From positions 19,920 through 83,919 of IMG/VR virus record IMGVR_UViG_3300025131_008220: a stretch of DNA of 64,000 bases; one strand, 5' to 3'. The translations under genes and the position numbers were made by a program. This DNA comes from a virus. Below, in pieces: positions 56,860-64,000 of the stretch; the first letter of the stretch is position 1, and each line of letters opens with the position of its first letter. The notes under the pieces were generated by a model. That model was not told the origin of the DNA. It saw only the letters and a program-made list of their open reading frames with translations, and ran no database searches.

Positions 56860-58980
56860 TTAACTAGTCGAGGTAAATAAATTCCCCTTACCATCAGCAC
56901 TGAAAGAAAACAGTTTGTTTTTACTCTCTGGAATAAAGCTGTCGACAAAGGCGTCTATTTTATGTTGAGATTCTTTAAATTTAAAAGACTCATTTTCATA
57001 ACTAGCGCCGCCTGTTCCTATTAGGCTATTTTTTGGGGCTCTAAAATAATCTATACCCGGAATCTGCCTGACCCCGTTTCTCCATACTTGCTCAAAGAAA
57101 ACGTTATCTACGTTAAAAGCTTCTCCTCCGGAGTCTCCTGTGACCCTAGAAAAACTAGTAGAAGCTTGAGGTAGGAAAAGTAATTCTCCTTTGTTGTCTA
57201 CTCCTATTTCCGTAGCGTCGAGAAGATAAGATGTCTTGCCGCCAGTGGAGCTTTGAGAGTATTCATGGCCAGAAAGAAGCTTCCTGCCATTTAAATACAC
57301 ATCCTTATTTAAATATTCTCCAGTAAAATGAACGTTGGATCCCGGATAGTCCCCAGTAAGAGAAGATCCAGAGACTATATCAAAACTAACAAAGTCATTA
57401 TTTCCAAAACTATCTTCCTGACTGTTTAAAACTATTTCGTATCTGTTGTTTTTTATTCTACCTCCAACCCCAGCAGTCCCTACAGGTCCAGCACTGTTTT
57501 CGTTTATAAAATAATCACCTTTATAAACACCGTGACGATCCCCAACTTCTTTCAGATTACCCCCTACGTTGTTAAATATTTCAGACACGCTATGCAAACC
57601 AGAGACCTCTTGCTGAGCCACTCCGTTTCTGAACACTTGAATAAAGGGCTGCTTAGTTGAGGAATCAAAAGCAAGATTATCGTTCTTTAGTTGATAGCCT
57701 TGTACATCTATTTTTTCATCACTATTAGGTTTAACTGTTTCAAAGAAATATTCAGTTGTAGTATTGTAGTTAATGCTGTTTAAATATTCTGAGTGGGTGT
57801 AAATTTCTAGCATTTCTCCTGCTGCTAAAGCCTCTACAAATTTTATTTGCCCCGGAACAGCGTTCGAATTATTAACATATTCAGTTTTTTCAGTAGGAGA
57901 CTCGCTTGTGTAGTAGCCTGTTATAGATCTTATGTTTCTATCTCCGGTTAAATCTACTAAAATCTCTTTGTATAGCCTACCCACTACACCAGAAAGCGCG
58001 TATACTGGGACAACGTCTCCGTCTTCGTTTTTATGATAGTCTTTATTAACAAGCTTGTAGCCAGTTGGCCCCCAGCCTGTCTGCAAACTTTGGACTTCGA
58101 CTCCTGTGACTTGCTTTGTAAATCTCTCTCCTGTAATTAAACCAGCGTCGCTGTAAGATTCCAGAAAGAAGCTCTCTGCAATCGTATTTCTGCTTACCTC
58201 AGAAACATATTCGTGAAACAAACCTATTGTATTTACATAACCAGAGAAACCCGTATAAAAATCGCTATAAGCATTGCCATGAGCAAACCCTCCCCAAAAA
58301 AGCTCTTCTGATTCCGTATAGTTATTCAAAGGAGATTTAATCGAGGCCGTTTCCTCGTTAGGCTTATGCAAAGAAACCTCAATCATGTTTGGTGTTTTTG
58401 ACACGGACACTAAATTTAATTTTTTTAAATGGGTTGGTAAGGTTTCACTATGTCTATGCCTGTTGTTCCCATCTACCCCAGTAATATATTCGTAGTAAAG
58501 TCTGTTCGACCCATTTATGCCCACGTTGAGGCCGGAGGCGCAGTTAACGCCCGTCATGCTAGACACTAGAACTTGAGATAAACTTGGGTTCTCGGCACTA
58601 TAATTTCCTGAGAAGTCTAAAAAGCATGTCCAAGACCCTCCCGTAATCCTATGAGCACTCATCAGGGAAGACTTCCCGTTAAAATTTCCGCTCCCAGTTA
58701 TGGACGGGGATTCACTATTAATCAACGCAGGATAGTCGTCTCCATTTATAAAAAAGTTACCGTCTCCACTATTGTAGAGCTGATTACCTGAGTCATGGAG
58801 CTGATTGAGAATAACATAAGTATCTAAGTCGTTGGAAGAACCACTAGTTAGTATATAAAAATGATTCCTATCGTTGGCGTCAAGAGTATCAACGGAGCCG
58901 CTTAAATTATAATAGGCAGACAAGGCCCCTGTCTCAAGGCCCGCCTTTTGAACATAATCAAGTAATACTCCTTCTTTCAT
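56860..58980 (-). CDS. Putative virion protein with LamG-like domain
   Basis: GNFNG...LNVGING...LFWGG...FSGYV N-terminal domain; repeated VFRNG/VYLNG/VWRNG motifs. Confidence 0.55.
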   Translation of the reverse strand: MKEGVLLDYVQKAGLETGALSAYYNLSGSVDTLDANDRNHFYILTSGSSNDLDTYVILNQLHDSGNQLYNSGDGNFFINGDDYPALINSESPSITGSGNFNGKSSLMSAHRITGGSWTCFLDFSGNYSAENPSLSQVLVSSMTGVNCASGLNVGINGSNRLYYEYITGVDGNNRHRHSETLPTHLKKLNLVSVSKTPNMIEVSLHKPNEETASIKSPLNNYTESEELFWGGFAHGNAYSDFYTGFSGYVNTIGLFHEYVSEVSRNTIAESFFLESYSDAGLITGERFTKQVTGVEVQSLQTGWGPTGYKLVNKDYHKNEDGDVVPVYALSGVVGRLYKEILVDLTGDRNIRSITGYYTSESPTEKTEYVNNSNAVPGQIKFVEALAAGEMLEIYTHSEYLNSINYNTTTEYFFETVKPNSDEKIDVQGYQLKNDNLAFDSSTKQPFIQVFRNGVAQQEVSGLHSVSEIFNNVGGNLKEVGDRHGVYKGDYFINENSAGPVGTAGVGGRIKNNRYEIVLNSQEDSFGNNDFVSFDIVSGSSLTGDYPGSNVHFTGEYLNKDVYLNGRKLLSGHEYSQSSTGGKTSYLLDATEIGVDNKGELLFLPQASTSFSRVTGDSGGEAFNVDNVFFEQVWRNGVRQIPGIDYFRAPKNSLIGTGGASYENESFKFKESQHKIDAFVDSFIPESKNKLFSFSADGKGNLFTSTS

Positions 58981-58982
58981 CC

Positions 58983-60797
58983 CTAGTTATCCAACCTATT
59001 CAATTCTATTGTCGTTGTTGCCTTTTCTTGGCTAAAGCTCCTATTATATGTTATAGATGATTGTTCTTTGTTTTCTACTTTATTTTGGTTGTCTAATCTT
59101 ATCACGTCGCCATCTAAAAACGAGTCTTTCAAGTAGTTACTCACTGATCTTGCTTCTTCCCTAGCTGCGTCATAAGAAGTCTCGTCTCTTTCGTCAGCAA
59201 CCGCAGAGGTGTTAACTGAGATCGTTTCTCTTTTAGACCCTAGATTGAGATCATATATTAAGTAGTGCCCATTTTCCAAGCAAGAAGGAACAGAGCTGTA
59301 TTGCTGAATAGCAGGGACAATAGACAAACTGTAGTTTAACGTCCTTAACTGGCTGTTCTCAGGGAAATCTTGGTCAGAAAAAGTGGCTTGATACTGTATA
59401 GTTCCATCAAATTCATTCTGAGTAACCGATATGTTCTGAGGCCTAGGCGCTAGAAGATATTGAGTTCTAGTAGGATACATTTTGTAATACAGAAGCTGGG
59501 CTTCGTCTCTAATTTTTTTAGAATAATTAGCAAGTATGATATCAAGTAATAATTTATTGTCTCTATTCTTCTTTATTAATGAGCCTCTGGTCCTTATTGC
59601 TCCACCGCATGTCACCTCTATTATATCTGTAATATTATTGTGATCAAAAGATATAGTATAATCAAAGTAAGATTGCGCGTTCTTTATCTTTGCCTTGCTA
59701 AAGAGTTGATTATTGTCAAAGCTTACTTGAAATTCTATTGTCCTTGCTTCTTCATTTGGGCTCATAGAAAAAGAAACAGGTTCTCTGTGTAAATCGTCAT
59801 TACGTTCAGTGGCTGCGCTCCTGCTGCCATCCGTTCCTTTTATGTGTCTTTTGTAGGCTTTGTTAACTAAATCATAAAAGTTTCTATTTTTGAAATCCGT
59901 TTTTATGTTATCCCAAGTAACCGAGCTGTCCTTGCTGCCCACAACACTACCAGACAGATCCATTGTTATAAAGTCACCACCTTGTTCCTCGCTTATAGCA
60001 ATACCATAAGATAACAATATATTAGCAGTCTGCATTGTTGGCAAACTAGCCTCTTCCTCTTTAGTTTTGCTTGACTCATTAGAAACAAAAGAATAATTTT
60101 CTGTTATAGAGTACGAACCACCAAATCTATCTATGTTCTCGCTTTGACTATTTAATATTAGAGCGCTTCCGGGGTGGGCATTCTGTATAATGCTATTAGT
60201 GACTTGCTTTGACGTACCCTTCCTCCCGTTAACAAAAGCTCTGGCTTTAATAAACCCATCAGGTTTCTCATTACTTGTATTGTAGCCAGTAGCAGCTATT
60301 GTATGAGTAGCAGAGACTACGCCCCCTTGACTTTCTGAGTAGTCCCATGAGTCAGTAGGATTTATGACACCATAATTCGCAGTTAAAAAATCTTTATCAT
60401 TTTTATAACCAGATAAAGATATGCTGTAACCAACAAGACCTACGTAATCTTCACTATCAAATCTCACATCATCTACCGTGCAATTCTTTAAAGTAAAGTC
60501 TGTGCCATGTCCTATCACTTTGAAATCTTGATAGTTTTTTTGAAGCGCTCCTGCAAAAGCTTTAACGATTTTATCCCTTTTATTTTGTAACGCTAGGTAG
60601 TTATTTCCTGACAACTCTTGAGGAGATTCTCTCTTGGGTAACAGAGCTATTTGTCCAGTTAAAGAAATACTTACTTTTGTAGCCCATAGATCTCCTCCTA
60701 TATATTCATTAGAAAAGGTTTTAGAGACATAAGGGGTAGGTACAGGAAACTGAAAGGCTCCGTATTGTACTATGACATCCTGTTTATAGTTCCCCAT
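58983..60797 (-). CDS. Putative tail protein (paralogue-like of 60801..62666)
   Basis: Repeated beta-hairpin modules such as ENIDRFGGSYSITENY and NEFDGTIQYQATFSD. Confidence 0.5.
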   Translation of the reverse strand: MGNYKQDVIVQYGAFQFPVPTPYVSKTFSNEYIGGDLWATKVSISLTGQIALLPKRESPQELSGNNYLALQNKRDKIVKAFAGALQKNYQDFKVIGHGTDFTLKNCTVDDVRFDSEDYVGLVGYSISLSGYKNDKDFLTANYGVINPTDSWDYSESQGGVVSATHTIAATGYNTSNEKPDGFIKARAFVNGRKGTSKQVTNSIIQNAHPGSALILNSQSENIDRFGGSYSITENYSFVSNESSKTKEEEASLPTMQTANILLSYGIAISEEQGGDFITMDLSGSVVGSKDSSVTWDNIKTDFKNRNFYDLVNKAYKRHIKGTDGSRSAATERNDDLHREPVSFSMSPNEEARTIEFQVSFDNNQLFSKAKIKNAQSYFDYTISFDHNNITDIIEVTCGGAIRTRGSLIKKNRDNKLLLDIILANYSKKIRDEAQLLYYKMYPTRTQYLLAPRPQNISVTQNEFDGTIQYQATFSDQDFPENSQLRTLNYSLSIVPAIQQYSSVPSCLENGHYLIYDLNLGSKRETISVNTSAVADERDETSYDAAREEARSVSNYLKDSFLDGDVIRLDNQNKVENKEQSSITYNRSFSQEKATTTIELNRLDN

Positions 60798-60800
60798 GTG

Positions 60801-62666
60801 TTAATATTCCAGAGCTTCAGCTGCGACACCCTTCTTATCCACAAAACTCATGTCAGCCGAGTAGCTAAGATTATAGTCAGAACCAAAATTATAACTCATG
60901 CCATTTAGATACCAAGACAATTCATCTTTTCCGGCCTGTAGAGACGTAACAAAAGCGGAGGTTTGAGTCTCGTTTTTCAAACTAGTCAGAACGCTGTCTG
61001 ATGCAGTTTTCAAATAGTTAGTGTGACTACTATTTATTAAGTTAGAGCTGGGGTTTCTTTTAAAAACGCAATTCATTGATACGCTTTTAGTTCCTTCTGT
61101 GCTTTGATTTGAGTCGTAGTTTGTCTCTTTAACATTTGGAGCTACTACAGAAGACCTCATAGCCACAGGCATCTTATAATCATCTGTTTTTTCCAGCCTT
61201 CTAACATAAGTTTCGTTTCTTAGAGTAGGATCGTCAGAATAAGTAAAGCTGTATGAAGTCTCAACTCCATAAGCAGGGAAAGATATATTAGACCCAGTTA
61301 GATTTTTAGGATAAGTTAAATTTGAGGTTGACGAAAGCACTCTGACTGATTCAAATAAAGGTTTTATCCTTGCTATTACATCATCAGAGGCAGCGAATTT
61401 ATCGTACAAGGTCTTAGGATCGTATTCTGAATTTTTACTTTCTTCATATGGCCTTATAGTACCAGATTCAGTCAGAGAAGTAATATTACTGGCTTGCCTT
61501 GACGCCTGTATAGTATATTCAAAAATTGCGTCTGCATGCATACGTGGGTTGTTTGTGAACGAGATAGTGTACGATATTTGTCCTCCGGTTCTATTTATGT
61601 TTCTACCAAAAGAGATAAGCTTATCCTTTAGGTCATCGGCGTTATTCCACTCTTGATCTCCGGGAACCCAGCTTGGAGGGTCTTTTATAAACGTTGCAAA
61701 TGTAGCCTGACATCTATCATAAGCTCCTGCTTTAATCGACACAAGTCCTGTATATGCATTTTCATAAGTGTCTTGACCTTTGTCTGTTGTAGTCTCTATG
61801 TTTTCAACGCTTCTTCCTTGAATTACTCCACTCTCAGTAACAGAAACGGAGCCTTCTCCTCCTGTTTGTACGGAATGAGTAAAACTAGCTGACCATTTTT
61901 CATCTTTTTGACTAGATTTATATACTCCATTCTTAGAGCTTATTGTGCGGGTTATTGAATATCTATTATTTAAAGAGTCGTAAGATTCAGAAAACAAACC
62001 ACTGCCTTTAACTATTCTTGAAAAATCGGCGTACCTGCTATCTATATAGCCTACTTTAGCCATGGCATTGCCAGTCAAATTAAAAGCCTTTAAAGCTAGC
62101 TCTTTTGCTTTTGCCACTAGATCTACCTCAGTTTCACTATTCTGCCTAAGAGCAAAGGTTATATTTTGAGTAAAGTTATGTTCATAATTGTCATTAATAG
62201 AAAAGCTAAAGTTTTCCCCAAAAGATGAAAAGTACTGAGCATAATCTTTTTTCAAAAATAATGGAGAATCTTTATATATATCTGGGTCGGTTAGCTTTAG
62301 ATCCCCTGTTTGATCAAAGGCTTCATAAAATTCTAAATTTATGTTGACTTTTAATAAATTTATATGATTGTTTAGAGAAGCTGAACTAGTTGGAAATTCA
62401 TAAGATAATATTTTTACATCACTTATTATTTGCCCTCCTATGCTGATGTTCGTAACAAAGCCGCTAGACAGTATTTCATCAAGATGAGCTCTTTCTTCTT
62501 TATCTACTTTTCCAAAGTTAGTAGACTCTATGTTATTGCCCGGATATATAAAAGCGGTGATAGACAAAGAGACCGTTCTGCCATACTGGTAAATACCGCC
62601 ATCTATATAGTTGGCGGTTTGAGAAAAGTCTAAGACTTCAGCGTTTGTTAGATTAATAGTCGACAT
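60801..62666 (-). CDS. Putative distal-tail-type protein
   Basis: Immediately downstream of the tape-measure-like gene; modules ESYDSLNNRYSITRTI, NRTGGQISYTISFTN. Confidence 0.5.
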   Translation of the reverse strand: MSTINLTNAEVLDFSQTANYIDGGIYQYGRTVSLSITAFIYPGNNIESTNFGKVDKEERAHLDEILSSGFVTNISIGGQIISDVKILSYEFPTSSASLNNHINLLKVNINLEFYEAFDQTGDLKLTDPDIYKDSPLFLKKDYAQYFSSFGENFSFSINDNYEHNFTQNITFALRQNSETEVDLVAKAKELALKAFNLTGNAMAKVGYIDSRYADFSRIVKGSGLFSESYDSLNNRYSITRTISSKNGVYKSSQKDEKWSASFTHSVQTGGEGSVSVTESGVIQGRSVENIETTTDKGQDTYENAYTGLVSIKAGAYDRCQATFATFIKDPPSWVPGDQEWNNADDLKDKLISFGRNINRTGGQISYTISFTNNPRMHADAIFEYTIQASRQASNITSLTESGTIRPYEESKNSEYDPKTLYDKFAASDDVIARIKPLFESVRVLSSTSNLTYPKNLTGSNISFPAYGVETSYSFTYSDDPTLRNETYVRRLEKTDDYKMPVAMRSSVVAPNVKETNYDSNQSTEGTKSVSMNCVFKRNPSSNLINSSHTNYLKTASDSVLTSLKNETQTSAFVTSLQAGKDELSWYLNGMSYNFGSDYNLSYSADMSFVDKKGVAAEALEY

Positions 62667-64000
62667 TAGTAACCTTGTCCTGCTGGTATGTTTCCTTGAG
62701 CGATAGCTTGACGTAATCTTGGATCATATCTGCCTGCGTAGTGCATCATCTGCATCATCCTGCGTTGCTGCTCTCTATCTCCTTGCATATTAATTCCGTT
62801 AACATATACATTTGTAGTGTTATTATTTTGGTTGCTCTGCGACATTCTAGAAGCGTTTGCTCTATATGTTCCCACATCTTGCCTACCCCGTGCGCCCCTT
62901 CCGCTGTATTCATAATACATGGCAGCTTCTTTTCCCCATACTCCCCATGCATCTTGATCCTGCTTATTTCCCCTTACGGCTCCTCCATACCCCTGCAATC
63001 CGGCAAATTCTCTTCCTGCCCCTTTTGTTAATTGAAAACGGCTATTCGTCATATATTGCTCACCCTCACTCGCTTGCTGTGCAGCTATCATTTCTTGGTT
63101 ACCCATTGCTATTGTATTATTCTGGGCGGCTCCTAGTAGATTGTTTAGTTCTTTCATCGTGCCGGTTAAAGACTCTAGACCTTTATTGTTTCTATCTATA
63201 GGATTGCCTGACTTAAATAATTCCGCAGCTTGCTCTTTTGCTGTCGATCTCATATCTTTTTCGCTCATGCCCATGCCAAATCTTTTATTCATGACGCGTA
63301 TATCTGCGAGTTTGACTTGAGCAGCGCTTCTTCTTCCTTGAGCTACCATATGCTCAGGCAACTTGCCGCCCATCAATTCCTGCAGACCAGCAAGTCTGTT
63401 AGCGTTACCTCTGTTAAAACCTGTTCTGCTTCCAGCTCTAGCGCCTACTCCCATTGCCATTTCTCCACTAGTAATTTGATTAATTACTCCATTTAAAGAA
63501 CTTGGATCCAGAATAGCTTTGCTTCCACCAAAAGACTTAAGTCTCTGCTGTTGTCTCGCGGCAGCTTTCTGAGCCATTGCAATTGCCCTTGTCTCGTAGA
63601 CTTGTTTTTGATTTTCTTTAAATAGCAATCTACTTGTTCCGTTCAAAGCCTCTAGTTGATTAGCAAGATTCTCAAGAGACGTCTGCTCCTTACCTGTAGC
63701 TTGCTCAGCCGCGGCCCTGAGTTGTTCTGTTTGCCTTTCTACAGCCTGAGTATTCATTGAGCCCACGCCACCAGACGCAGCTGACCTTAGAGTTTGTTGG
63801 ACTGATTGACCGAGAGATGTCCCTGCGAGCTGAGTACCGCCAAAGGCTTTGTTTGTTGCGCTAATAGCGCTTCCAAATTTTTCTGAAGATCCCTGCAACT
63901 GCGTTGCTATTTTAGTTCTAGCGCCTAATTCTATTTTTCCGGTAGCATTTAAGAACGCTCCTGCCGCCTGACTGCTGATTTTTATAGTTTCTTTTCTTAT
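62666..64000 (-). CDS. Probable tape measure protein, C-terminal part (runs off the right edge)
   Basis: Frame stays open from 64000 through 63898 (IRKETIKISSQAAG...); A/G/Q/M-rich helical sequence ending NNTTNVYVNG. Confidence 0.6.
   Translation of the reverse strand: MRKETIKISSQAAGAFLNATGKIELGARTKIATQLQGSSEKFGSAISATNKAFGGTQLAGTSLGQSVQQTLRSAASGGVGSMNTQAVERQTEQLRAAAEQATGKEQTSLENLANQLEALNGTSRLLFKENQKQVYETRAIAMAQKAAARQQQRLKSFGGSKAILDPSSLNGVINQITSGEMAMGVGARAGSRTGFNRGNANRLAGLQELMGGKLPEHMVAQGRRSAAQVKLADIRVMNKRFGMGMSEKDMRSTAKEQAAELFKSGNPIDRNNKGLESLTGTMKELNNLLGAAQNNTIAMGNQEMIAAQQASEGEQYMTNSRFQLTKGAGREFAGLQGYGGAVRGNKQDQDAWGVWGKEAAMYYEYSGRGARGRQDVGTYRANASRMSQSNQNNNTTNVYVNGINMQGDREQQRRMMQMMHYAGRYDPRLRQAIAQGNIPAGQGY

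Noticed and set aside
2524-63496. Many 60-115 aa ORFs antisense to, or nested in, long genes
   Set aside because: Shadow ORFs of the real coding strand; no motifs or independent expression signals
1-64000. Stop-codon reassignment, tRNAs, CRISPR arrays, reverse transcriptase or integrase
   Set aside because: Coding density is already near complete with the standard code, all three stops end genes, and none of these elements was recognised by eye

Overview
The window looks like part of a large dsDNA tailed-phage genome: AT-rich, densely packed and often overlapping genes, standard genetic code, and no rRNA, tRNA, CRISPR array, integrase or transposase seen. It has four zones. (1) 1-15.2 kb, minus strand: a glycan-biosynthesis cluster with Gmd, two NeuB-type synthases, a NeuA-type cytidylyltransferase, three Maf/GT42-like proteins, three PhyH-type dioxygenases, kinase/methyltransferase and nucleotidyltransferase/kinase fusions, a GatZ-like protein, and HAD and HIT enzymes. 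(2) 15.3-18.9 kb, minus: a u-spanin-like lipoprotein, a GT4, a DUF736-like protein and a small sigma factor. (3) 19.35-28.85 kb, plus: dCMP deaminase, dUTPase, dNMP kinase, Hsp20, a putative SSB, a TylF methyltransferase, GT4/GT9 genes and a Rad52/Sak-like annealing protein. (4) 28.85-64 kb, minus: a virion tail module with a 5917-aa protein and the 3' end of a probable tape measure gene. The most notable unexplained features are a ~345-nt highly structured non-coding transcript leading into the sigma-factor gene, and a second ~200-nt structured transcript whose promoter is duplicated (58/61 bp, inverted) 13 kb away. Also notable are the phage-encoded nonulosonic-acid pathway, several consensus promoters giving leaderless or near-leaderless mRNAs, a sigma-54-type promoter on hsp20, and a GT9 apparently split across two genes. 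All protein calls come from motif recognition by eye; no database search or folding program was run.
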